Numbered from the stretch's first letter, positions 8,837 through 17,854 are shown. The stretch: 64,000 nucleotides of DNA from an uncultured delta proteobacterium (GCA_963812015.1 CAWETI010000003.1:1824001-1888000); one strand, 5' to 3'. The notes: a model not told the origin generated them from the sequence alone. Made by a program: numbers and translations.

Positions 8837-9598
8837 ATGGCGGCGCACGCAGCAGCGAAAAGCGGCAGATACTTATACGCCATAGTGACCGCTCCCGGGG
8901 AGCGGACCTATGATTTTACCGGTATAGACGGGGCCCCGGTGTACAGCATCGCCAATGGGCAGGTGGCCGCAGTGGTGAGCGACGTTGTAAACGACAGGAT
9001 CAGCCCGGAACGGCGGCATCTGGCCGCCCAACAGGCGGTCCTCAAGGGGCTGTTGTCCAGGGCCGACGCCATGCTTCCCATGGCCTTCGGCATCATTGCC
9101 GACGGTCCCAAAGCCATCCAGAAGATCCTGTCCCGCAACCAGGCGGCCTTCCTCCAGCAACTCCAACGCGTGGCCGGGATGGTGGAAATGGGACTGCGGG
9201 TCTCCCTGGACGTCCCCAATATCTTTGAATATGTCGTCAACACGCATCCAGAGTTGCGGGCCGCCAGGGATCGCTTCCTCGGCCCCTACCGCAACCCTTC
9301 CCAAGAAGACAAGATCGAGCTAGGGCGACTCTTTGACCATCTCCTGAACGAGGATCGGGAAGCCTTTACCGAGCAGGTGGAGGAGATCCTGTCCGGTTAT
9401 TGCCGGGAAATTAAGCGGAACAAAAGCCGCAACGAAAGCCAGGTGATGAGCCTGGCCTGTCTGGTGCCTCGCAATGGACAGGAGCGGTTCGAAGAGGGCG
9501 TCTTTGCCGCGGCCAAGCTCTTCGACAACAATTTCACCTTCGACTACAACGGCCCCTGGGCGCCCCACAACTTCGTGGAACTGAATCTTGGACTGTGA
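8837..9598 (+). CDS. gvpF: GvpF/GvpL gas vesicle protein
   Basis: YLYAIV, GIDG, MLPMAFG, EMGLRV, DYNGPWAPHNFV. Confidence 0.92.
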   Translation: MAAHAAAKSGRYLYAIVTAPGERTYDFTGIDGAPVYSIANGQVAAVVSDVVNDRISPERRHLAAQQAVLKGLLSRADAMLPMAFGIIADGPKAIQKILSRNQAAFLQQLQRVAGMVEMGLRVSLDVPNIFEYVVNTHPELRAARDRFLGPYRNPSQEDKIELGRLFDHLLNEDREAFTEQVEEILSGYCREIKRNKSRNESQVMSLACLVPRNGQERFEEGVFAAAKLFDNNFTFDYNGPWAPHNFVELNLGL

Positions 9599-9622
9599 CA
9601 CCTGAGCTCTGAAGGAGATGTG

Positions 9623-9943
9623 ATGTTTCTCGTTGACGACATCTTACTGTCCCCTGTGAAAGGCGTTCTTTGGGTGTTCCGGGAGGTCCACGACGCCGCC
9701 CAGCAGGAGTTGGCCGGCGAAGGCCAAGCCATCACCGCGGCCCTGAGCGAGCTTTACATGCGGCTGGAAACCGAGCAGATCACCGAGGAGGAGTTCGACG
9801 CCCAGGAAAAGGTGCTCCTGGACCGCCTGCAGGCGGAAGAAAAGACCGCGGCACCTGAGAAGAAACCGGCCAAGCAACGCTCCAAGGCCAAACCGACCAG
9901 GAGAAAATCTTCGCCCGGGGTGAAACCGGCCACCCTAGTCTGA
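9623..9943 (+). CDS. gvpG: Gas vesicle protein GvpG
   Basis: MFLVDDILLSPVKGVLWVF...LSELYMRLETEQITEEEFDAQEKVLLDRL; Lys-rich tail. Confidence 0.9.
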   Translation: MFLVDDILLSPVKGVLWVFREVHDAAQQELAGEGQAITAALSELYMRLETEQITEEEFDAQEKVLLDRLQAEEKTAAPEKKPAKQRSKAKPTRRKSSPGVKPATLV

Positions 9944-10101
9944 CATGACGCCCATAGGTAAGCGCCGGCCAGATGAAATCAGGTGATCAACCAACGGCAG
10001 CAGGAAAGCGGGTGGCTCGGGACATGGCGCCGGAAGCATAGGGAAGGGCTTGATGAGGTTGCGAACACTTTACCCGCTTGACACGGAAGGGGTCACCCCG
10101 G

Positions 10102-12106
10102 ATGTCCATAATTTCGCTTTCCAACATCACCATGGGGGCAAAGGGCGTGCCCGATTTCTTAGAGAATCCCCATTTCAGACTGATATTCTTCGGCGGCAAG
10201 GGCGGGGTCGGAAAGACCACATGCGCCGCGGCCTCCGCCCTCCGTTATGCCCGCCGGTCCCCCCTGGGCTCGTTCCTTCTGGTCTCCACTGATCCGGCCC
10301 ATTCCCTGACCGACAGTATCGGCGATTTTCATCTCCCCGACAATTTAAAGATTCTGGAGTTCAATGCCCAGGATTCTCTGGCGACCTTCAAGGCCAGGCA
10401 CCGGGCCAAGTTTGCCGAGATTGCCGCCCGGGGCACCTTCCTGGATGAAAAGGATATTCGCCGCATCCTGGACCTCTCCCTGCCCGGCCTGGATGAACTC
10501 ATGGCTTTGCTTGCCATCGCCGGCTGGGTGGAAACCCGGGCCTACGACCTTATCGTGGTGGATACCGCGCCCACCGGGCACACGCTGCGACTGCTGACCA
10601 CGCCGGAGTTGATCCGCGGCTGGCTCAAGGCCCTGGACGCCCTGCTGGCCAAGCACCGCTTCATGCAGCAGCGGTTCCGTGGTTCGTATCAGCGGGACGA
10701 ACTGGACGAATTTCTCCTGGATCTGGCCGCGTCAGTGAAGCAGATGGAGGCTCTGCTGCGCAATCCCCGCGCCTGCCGGTTTGTGCCGGTGATGTTGGCG
10801 GAAGAGGTGGTCATCACCGAGACCTTGCAGCTCCTGAGTCAGTTGCAGCGGATGCATATCCCGGTCACGGAGGTGGTGGTCAACCGCCTCTATCCGGAGA
10901 ATTCCTGCCCTCTATGCGCCGAAGGGCGGCGGCGGCAACGACAGCTCCTGAACGAGCTTTTTAGCCGCGGCTCCTTAGGCCGATATACCTGGTGGGGCGT
11001 GCCCCTGTGCCCGGAGGAAATGCGAGGTCCAGTCCTTGAGACCCTTTGGGATGGGGTCAGTGTGTTTGATGCCGCGCTGCCGACCCGTCTCCAGCCCCCC
11101 TTGGAAATACCGCCCCGGGTAGAGGCTGCGCCCCCCTGCCCCTCTGCCAAGACTACGTTCTTGATTTTCGCCGGCAAGGGGGGCGTGGGCAAGACCACCC
11201 TGGCCTGCGCCACCGCGGTGCGCCTGGCCCAGGAGTTTCCGGGAAAACAGGTCTTGCTCTTCTCCACCGACCCGGCCCACTCCCTGGCCGCCTGTCTGGA
11301 GGTGAGCATTGGCCCCCAACCGGTACGCCTCGGCCAGGGACTGACAGCCATGGAGATCGACGCCCCAGGGGAATTCGCCGCTTTAAAGAGACAATACCAC
11401 CAAGAGCTGGAGAAGTTCCTGCAAACCGCGTTCGAGAATTTCGATGTCCCCTTCGACCGCCAGGTGATGGAACGGTTGCTGGACCTCCCCCCCCCCCGGC
11501 CTGGACGAGATCATGGCCTTGGTGCAAGTCATGGAATTTTTGGAAAAGGGCCGCTACGATATTTTTATATTGGATTCGGCCCCTACCGGACATCTCCTTC
11601 GCCTCCTGGAACTGCCGGAACTAGTGGACCAGTGGCTTAAGACGTTTTTCGGCTTGCTCTTGAAGTACAAGCTGACCTTCCGGTTTCCGGACATCTCCCA
11701 GCAGTTGGTAGGAATTTCCCGTAACCTGAAACAACTGAGAAACCTGTGGCGGGACCCGGCCCGGGCGGCGCTCTACGCCGTGACCATCCTTACGGAAATG
11801 GCCTTCCAGGAGACCAGCGACCTGATGGCGGTCTGTAGGCGGCTGGGGGTGTCGGTGCCACTGCTGCTGCTCAACCTCGCCACCCCGGCCTTGGATTGTC
11901 CCCTGTGCGCCGCCCTGAACCGCCGGGAGGCCCTCATTCGGGATAAATTCCAGCAAACCTTTGCCGGTCATCAAACCGTCATCTATCGCCAGAGCGAACC
12001 TCGGGGCCTGAAACGACTCACTGCCTTGGGGCAGGCCTTGTACCGGTCCAGGATAATGGAGAACCACCATGGGGCTGTTGCTGATATGCCCGCATTGTCA
12101 AGCTAA
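10102..12106 (+). CDS. Tandem two-domain ArsA/GET3-family ATPase, frameshifted at C11 run 11487-11497
   Basis: Two copies each of GKGGVGKTT, STDPAHSL, PGLDE, D(T/S)APTGH and CPLC; second half continues in ORF 11513-12106; exact start uncertain. Confidence 0.9.
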
Positions 12107-12530
12107 GGTACCGTTGGTCTTGCGGGCTTGTTCGGCTTGCGGTGCCGACCTGCGGACTCTGCCGCCGACCGACCGCCGTTATTTCATCGGCAAGTCGGCG
12201 GCTGCGGCATCCGCATCCCTGGTCCCGAAGATGATTCCCGGGTCAAACCCGGAGACCGTGGAGGTGGAATTGATGGTGCCATACCCGGAAACCATGCTGC
12301 CGGAAGCCTCGCTCCCGGAGAGCAAAGATGTGTCGTTGTGCGAGGCCCTGGACCGCATTCTCAATAAGGGCGCCGTGCTCTTTGGGGAAGTGATGATTTC
12401 CGTGGCCGATATCGATCTAGTCTACCTGGGGCTCCAGGTCATCCTGGCCTCTATGGAAACCGCCCGGGGATTTAAGCCTGGGGGGGAGGGGCAGTTGGGA
12501 CCGAACCTTTTTGCCAAGGGCGCATGCTGA
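12069..12530 (+). CDS. GvpA/GvpJ/GvpM-family minor gas vesicle protein with N-terminal Zn ribbon
   Basis: N-term CPHC..CSACG; Pro-rich linker; C-term SLCEALDRILNKGAVLFGEVMISVADIDLVYLGLQVILASMET. Confidence 0.85.
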   Translation: MGLLLICPHCQAKVPLVLRACSACGADLRTLPPTDRRYFIGKSAAAASASLVPKMIPGSNPETVEVELMVPYPETMLPEASLPESKDVSLCEALDRILNKGAVLFGEVMISVADIDLVYLGLQVILASMETARGFKPGGEGQLGPNLFAKGAC

Positions 12531-12898
12531 TGAAATCCCCGGAACCGGCTCAAGTGGAATCACAGGCCATCAGCGATTTTGCCAAGGTCATGCAAGGCGG
12601 TGCCGCTTTAACGGCCCCATCTCCGGGTAGCCAGACCCCCCGGATCAACCTGGACCAGGACAACGTCAAGAACAGTTTGGGACAACTGGTCTTGACCCTG
12701 GTGAAACTGCTTCACGAACTGCTGGAGCGCCAGGGCATCCGGCGCATCGAGGCCGGGTCCCTCACGGACGCCCAGATTGAGCGGCTGGGGTTGACCTTGA
12801 TGAAACAGGCTCAAGAGATCGACCGACTCCGGCAGGAGTTCGGCCTGGAAGAAGACGACCTGAATATCGACCTTGGCCCCCTGGGCCAACTCCTGTAA
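12524..12898 (+). CDS. gvpK: Gas vesicle protein GvpK
   Basis: LGQLVLTLVKLLHELLERQGIRR..LTDAQIERLG..FGL..DLNIDLGPLG. Confidence 0.93.
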   Translation: MLMKSPEPAQVESQAISDFAKVMQGGAALTAPSPGSQTPRINLDQDNVKNSLGQLVLTLVKLLHELLERQGIRRIEAGSLTDAQIERLGLTLMKQAQEIDRLRQEFGLEEDDLNIDLGPLGQLL

Positions 12899-12911
12899 GG
12901 AGGAACTGCGC

Positions 12912-13226
12912 ATGGCCAGACAACAAGGCATCCAGAGTTCCATTCAGAGCACCAATCTGGCGGATCTCTTGGAACGCATCCTGGACAAGGGGATCGTCAT
13001 CGCCGGCGACATCAAAATCCGGCTGGTGGAAGTGGAACTCCTCACTCTGCAGATTCGCCTGGTGATCTGCTCGGTGGACAAAGCCAAAGAATTGGGGATA
13101 GATTGGTGGGTAGCCAACCCGGCCTTTAATTCCCAGGCCCCTTCGGAAGAGCTGGCGGCCTCCCTTAACAAGATCGACGAGCGCTTGGGGCGCCTGGAAT
13201 CTGCTATAGCCGTGGCCGGCTCCTGA
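12912..13226 (+). CDS. gvpJ: GvpA-family protein GvpJ-like
   Basis: [61 protein letters not shown]. Confidence 0.88.
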   Translation: MARQQGIQSSIQSTNLADLLERILDKGIVIAGDIKIRLVEVELLTLQIRLVICSVDKAKELGIDWWVANPAFNSQAPSEELAASLNKIDERLGRLESAIAVAGS

Positions 13227-13347
13227 GTTCCTTGGCGACATCGGGAACGTCCGGCTCCGGGGAGCGGGTGCCGCCATCTACCAGCCCAAGAACCCGAGGC
13301 CTCACCCGGGTAGTGGTATACGACAGCCGCAGTGAACCAGCTTCCGC

Positions 13348-13407
13348 AACGGAGCCGCGTGGGGGAATCTCACCCTCACGCCCTTCCGAAACAGGACATG
13401 AGTCTCT
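13348..13407 (-). mobile_element. Group II intron 3'-end remnant (part of domain V plus domain VI)
   Basis: Minus strand agagactcatgtcctgtttcggaagggcgtgagggtgagattcccccacgcggctccg resembles the canonical intron end (..tcacgtccggttctgagagggcgtgggggtgagattccc..); 5' half of DV missing. Confidence 0.5.
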
Positions 13408-13466
13408 TTTCTGAAAAGCCCTTACGAACGACATAGGGGAGTTTTCCTCGGTGCCAGGTTACTTGC

Positions 13467-13995
13467 GAGACTGTCGACAAAGAGTTTAGCTCAGCTGATT
13501 TCCCGCCTATGAAGAAGTTACCGCCAAAAGTTAGTTCAGTCATTAAAATCATCTAACATATCTTAATTACTGTTAAATTATTTTATGCCGTGAGAGAGTG
13601 AAACCGGGGATAAGTCAAAACACTGGTTAGAGAGACGGCACATGGCTAAATTCAAGGCATACGATTACTGGCAAAGGGTTTTCCTGCCAGTTTCCTTGGA
13701 AGATCAGTTGAGGCCCGAGGCCCTGGAGTTCGCCATCCACACTTGCCGCCGGGCCACGATAGAGGCATCTACCTGTCACGATCTAAGGCATATGGCAATC
13801 AATACCTGGCGGTTGCAGGGGCACGACTATTTCCGTATAATGGCGGCAATCGAGTATAAAACCCTTGCCGGTTGTAGGCAATATAACCCGGTGAGCGAGG
13901 AAAACCTCAAGCCCTGGCAGATGGAAGTTGATCATGATAGCCCCCTCTCTGGCTACCAAGCGTCCTCCATCTGCCGGCCTACTGCCGTACCTTAA
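13467..13995 (+). pseudogene. Chimera of IS1182-family left end/transposase N-terminus and tyrosine recombinase C-terminus
   Basis: GAGACTGTCGACAAAG end-like sequence at 13467; MAKFKAYDY..FLPVSLEDQLRPEALEFAIHT fused at ~13743 to HDLRHMAINTWRLQGHDYFRIMAA..KT..QYN. Confidence 0.65.
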
Positions 13996-14019
13996 TGAAA
14001 ATAGTGAAACTGTTGATAT

Positions 14020-14106
14020 GCCTGGGTGGCGGAATGGGTAGACGCAAGGGACTTAAAATCCCTCGGTCGCAAGGCCGTGCCGGTTCGAGTCCGGCCCCAG
14101 GCACCA
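14020..14106 (+). tRNA. tRNA-Leu (anticodon TAA)
   Basis: Acceptor GCCTGGG/CCCAGGC-A-CCA, anticodon arm AGGGA-CT-TAA-AA-TCCCT, long variable arm, GGTTCGAGTCC. Confidence 0.97.
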
Positions 14107-14161
14107 GTTAATAAAATGGGTTAACCATTTCCGGTCAACCGCTTTATGCTTTCACGCTGTC

Positions 14162-14183
14162 CAGGGATAACCCAGGGATAACC
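14162..14183 (+). repeat. Tandem CAGGGATAACC x2 (third copy at 20118-20128), candidate integrase arm-type sites
   Basis: Exact 11-mer occurs just inside both att sites. Confidence 0.6.
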
Positions 14184-14875
14184 TGAGTGCGGAAAATTAC
14201 CCTTTTGGGTGCCTGAAAATCGTCTGTCCTCTGTTCTGAAATGTCAATTTCGTGCCCTTGTTCCTGAACCTTTTTCTTCCCCTCCCCTCATTGCCTCTCT
14301 GTGGGCTTCATATGCAACCGGTTTTGGAGGGGGGCTGTTCCCACCTCAAGGTACCCCTCTCCTGGCATTGATCTCACACTTAGAAGGACAGTTTTAAGCG
14401 AATAACCCATAGCAAGGGGTATATGAGGTGAGGGTAAGCCTATCCGTACAAGGTGAGGCTTCTCAGAGAGTTATCCGGAAGGCCAAGGTCATGGGCTGAG
14501 AGGGTTTCGGGCAAGAGAGGCAACCTCGGGACTGAAGGTGGTCCCCCCTTTGCTATATATGACCGCCACGGGGATTTTTTCAAAAATATATCGAGGAGTG
14601 AGAGCGACAGGCCCCCCTGTGCACAGGGCGCCTCAAAAATTTTTGACACAAGGATTGTCGGTACCCATTCCTTAAACCGGTCTTAAAAAAGCATGACATG
14701 CTTTGTAAGGCGTGTTCGCGCTTCGACCCAGGGTTGGGTCTTGGTTGAGGAAAGATACTCCCCCTGGCGGGACCTAGCTCAAAAATTTTAAAATGGAAAA
14801 TCTGCCCGGTTACTCCTTTAGCCACCATCATTACTTGCGCCCGCCGAACTTCTTCAATGCTAAGGGCATATGCGA

Positions 14876-17566
14876 TTATTTAATAATTCCGGTTACCGCG
14901 GCAACGCCGATGGTGACCAGAACGTAGCCGGCGATTTGATGCAGATAAAAATAGGTTTGCACGGAAAATTTGCCGCCGGTAAGCCGGGAATGAAGGCGCT
15001 CAGGCAATGACTGCGTTAATTTAGAGGGGATGAACTGCATGAACGGAATTAATTTATCCGGCTTTACCTGGTACAATTTGTCCGGTCCAAAACTGATAAA
15101 GGGCACATAGGCATCCAAACTGAACCAAAAGGCCTGCGTGAGCCGGATTTTCCCCACGCTTCCCTTTTCTGCCCTGGTCAGGACTCCTGGCCGGGAAAAG
15201 ATGATGGTTCCCAATAAGATGAAAAAGGCGCTCCAATACAAGGCTCTCTCAGGGTTGCGGCCGTAGCCCACCCCCCTATCCAGCAAGGTTTTTTCCAGGA
15301 AAACTCGAGGCCATTGCGAGGGTTCCCCCCAGGACCAAGACTCATTCAGTTCACGCCGTTTCCGAGAAATGAATGACTCGTTGGCCAGTTCCGGATAACC
15401 GCTCTGCTTCAGAAAGGTTTCCAACTGGGTGTAAGGCTGGGAATGGAACCGGGCCTTTCCCAGCAAGGCTAGCAGTTTTTGACAACTATTTGATTCATCC
15501 CCCGCGGTGATGACTTTATAAGTCAGTCCCTCTAAATCAATAGCGTCGGGCTGGGTCGGCCAGATAACTCCGCCTAAATTTAAGACTTGGATGGTGCCAA
15601 AGCGTAAATTCACCGGTCCCGCAAAGTTTACCCTGCTAAATAAAGCGCCCTGGCCCACCTTCAGGGTTGCGAAGTTGGCCTCCTGGTCCTTATTTTCAAA
15701 CCTGGCCCCTTCGGCGTTGAACTGCCCGCCGATGTCGGCACCGCCGAAGTCAGCTGACCCCCTAAAGACGGTTTCTGTTTTCTTTCCCTCTTTTTCAATG
15801 GTACTTATCTCAAAATCACCTTTTACCTGCATCACGGAAAAGTCCACCGGCCCGTTAAACACGGCACCCCTGAAGAAGGCGTGCTGGCCCACCCTCAGGC
15901 TGTTGAAGTCGGCCTCCTGGTCCTTATTTTCAAACCTAACCCCATCGGCGTTGAAATTCCTGCCGATGTCCGCCGAGCCAAAATCCACCAGCCCCTGGAA
16001 AACAGCGCCTTCCAACCAGGCACTCGTGCCCACCTTCATACCGTTAAAGTTGGCCTTCTGGTCCTGACCTTCAAACCTGGCCCCGTCGGCGCTGAACAGC
16101 CTGCCGATGTCCGCGCCGCCGAATTTAGCTGACCCTCTAAAGATGCTTTCTGTTTTCTTTCCCTCTTTTGCAATGGTACTTATCTCAAAATCACCTTTTA
16201 CCTGCATCACGGAAAAGTTCACCGGCCCGTTAAACACGGCGCCCCTGAAGAAGGCGTGCTGGCCCACCCTCAGGCCGTCAAAGTCGGCCTCCTGGTCCTT
16301 ATTTTCAAACCTAACCCCATCGGCGTTGAAATTCCTGCCGATGTCGGCACCGCCGAAGTCAGCTGACCCCCTAAAGACGGTTTCTGTTTTCTTGCCCTCT
16401 TTTGCAACGGCACTTATCCAAAAATCCCATTTTACCTGCGTCATGGAAAAGTCCACCGGCCCGTTAAACACGGCGCCTCTGAAGAAGGCGGTCTTGCCCA
16501 CCTTCGTGCCGTTAAAGTTGGCCATATTGTCTTTGCCTTGTCCCTCAAAGTGCGCCCCGGAGGCGACGAGATCCCCGCCGATGAGACCGCCGACAAAGTC
16601 AACCGGTCCTTGGAAGACAGCGTCTTGGAAGAAGGCGGTCTTGCCCACCTCCATGCCGTTAAAGTCGGCCATGTTATCTTTGCCTTGTCCCTCAAAGTGC
16701 GCCCCGGAGGCGACGAGATCCCCGCCGATGCGGCCGCCGACAAAGCTAACCGGACCCTGGAAGACGGCCTCCTTAAAGAAGGCGCCCTGGCCCACCTCCA
16801 TGCCGTTAAAGTCGAACCTCTGGAACTCCTCTTGTCCTCCAGACTGGTTCTTCTCCTTGCCCTCTGACTCGCCCGTTTCTTTTACTTCAAACCGCGCTCC
16901 GTCGGCGTCGAAATTTCCTACGATGTGCGCACTGAGGAAATTCACCGGACCCTGGAAGACGGCCCCCCTAAAGTAGGCGCTCTGGCCCACCTTCATGTCG
17001 CTAAAGTCGGCCATGTTGTCTTTGCCTTGTCCCTCAAACTGCGCTTTTTCGGCGTCGAAATTTCCGCCAAAATCGGCCGCGCCGAAATCTACTGGTCCCT
17101 TAAAGTTGGCCTCTCTGCAATAGACCTCTTTTTCTACCTTGATCCGCAGAAAATTTGCCCCTTCCTCAAAGTGCGAACCATTTATAAATAGATATTCCTC
17201 GAAAACTGCATCGTTGAAAAAGACCCAATTTTTGAACCAGCAGGCAACCAATTCCACCGGGTGGGGTATATTGGCATGTCCCAGGTCCAGGGACTCGGCG
17301 ATAACGGCGTTTTTTATCCGGACCCCCTTGCGTTGCACCTTGTAGGCCCCGGTGAGGAGGTCCTCCAGGAACCGAGCGGAGAGCTGGCGGTTCTTTTCCG
17401 GATCTCCGAATTGGTCTTTGAGGTCGGCCTCTTGGCCCGCCGCCGCCTGCCGGCGGACATACTCCTCTGCCGGGGTGAGCTTGCCTTTGGCCGCCTCAGC
17501 CCGAGGGGACAGCAGGCATCCGAGGGCCAGGACTAATACCATCAGGAAGGTCCTCGCCAATGTCAT
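14876..17566 (-). CDS. Signal-peptide beta-solenoid (pentapeptide-like repeat) protein with C-terminal 2TM/re-entrant module
   Basis: ATG 17566 with GGGAG RBS, signal peptide MTLARTFLMVLVLALGCLLSPRAEA, repeats (AxFxGPVDF, ADIGGxF, MxVG), C-term GVGYGRNP-TM-FSLDAYVP-TM. Confidence 0.85.
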   Translation of the reverse strand: MTLARTFLMVLVLALGCLLSPRAEAAKGKLTPAEEYVRRQAAAGQEADLKDQFGDPEKNRQLSARFLEDLLTGAYKVQRKGVRIKNAVIAESLDLGHANIPHPVELVACWFKNWVFFNDAVFEEYLFINGSHFEEGANFLRIKVEKEVYCREANFKGPVDFGAADFGGNFDAEKAQFEGQGKDNMADFSDMKVGQSAYFRGAVFQGPVNFLSAHIVGNFDADGARFEVKETGESEGKEKNQSGGQEEFQRFDFNGMEVGQGAFFKEAVFQGPVSFVGGRIGGDLVASGAHFEGQGKDNMADFNGMEVGKTAFFQDAVFQGPVDFVGGLIGGDLVASGAHFEGQGKDNMANFNGTKVGKTAFFRGAVFNGPVDFSMTQVKWDFWISAVAKEGKKTETVFRGSADFGGADIGRNFNADGVRFENKDQEADFDGLRVGQHAFFRGAVFNGPVNFSVMQVKGDFEISTIAKEGKKTESIFRGSAKFGGADIGRLFSADGARFEGQDQKANFNGMKVGTSAWLEGAVFQGLVDFGSADIGRNFNADGVRFENKDQEADFNSLRVGQHAFFRGAVFNGPVDFSVMQVKGDFEISTIEKEGKKTETVFRGSADFGGADIGGQFNAEGARFENKDQEANFATLKVGQGALFSRVNFAGPVNLRFGTIQVLNLGGVIWPTQPDAIDLEGLTYKVITAGDESNSCQKLLALLGKARFHSQPYTQLETFLKQSGYPELANESFISRKRRELNESWSWGEPSQWPRVFLEKTLLDRGVGYGRNPERALYWSAFFILLGTIIFSRPGVLTRAEKGSVGKIRLTQAFWFSLDAYVPFISFGPDKLYQVKPDKLIPFMQFIPSKLTQSLPERLHSRLTGGKFSVQTYFYLHQIAGYVLVTIGVAAVTGIIK

Positions 17567-17662
17567 CTCCCCCCCTGCAGAACCGTCGGCGCCTCCGGTT
17601 TCCCGGCGTTTGGCTTGGAACGCCCCTGCTCCAGTCGGAGTAAAGAGCCTAATCAAATAATT

Positions 17663-17854
17663 TTAGGCGTTGTTCGGCTTGACAAAGTTATTTGGCTGTG
17701 ATAATATCTCATACATGCGCCTGGGGTTGCGTTTATCCCATCGAAAAGCGGCGACAAATCGCCCCTCTTCATCAACGATACCCAGACCGCCGGTTTGACC
17801 GGGATCAATTCCCACAAACAGTTTTCTATCTAAAGGTATTTGGAGATCAGCCAT
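17663..17854 (-). pseudogene. Short ORF resembling the N-terminus of a RuvC-like resolvase, inside the IS left end
   Basis: MADLQIPLDRKLFVGIDPGQTGGLGIVDEEG; hhGIDPG-x-TG motif typical of RuvC beta1; runs out through IRL. Confidence 0.5.

Noticed and set aside
10102..12106. Arsenic resistance operon
   Set aside because: No arsB/acr3, arsC, arsD or arsR nearby; context and CxxC motifs favour a GET3-like role.
14209..14831. Short ORFs in the island's left arm
   Set aside because: No RBS or motif support, mutually overlapping; treated as non-coding.
15591..16976. Long repetitive plus-strand ORFs / possible CRISPR-like array
   Set aside because: Antisense shadows of the beta-solenoid gene; the repeats are in-frame coding duplications with no repeat-spacer structure, and no cas genes are present.
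17663..17854. TnpB/IscB/Cas12-type RNA-guided nuclease associated with the IS
   Set aside because: Only ~60 codons with a single RuvC-I-like motif; no RuvC-II/III, Zn finger or guide-like array.
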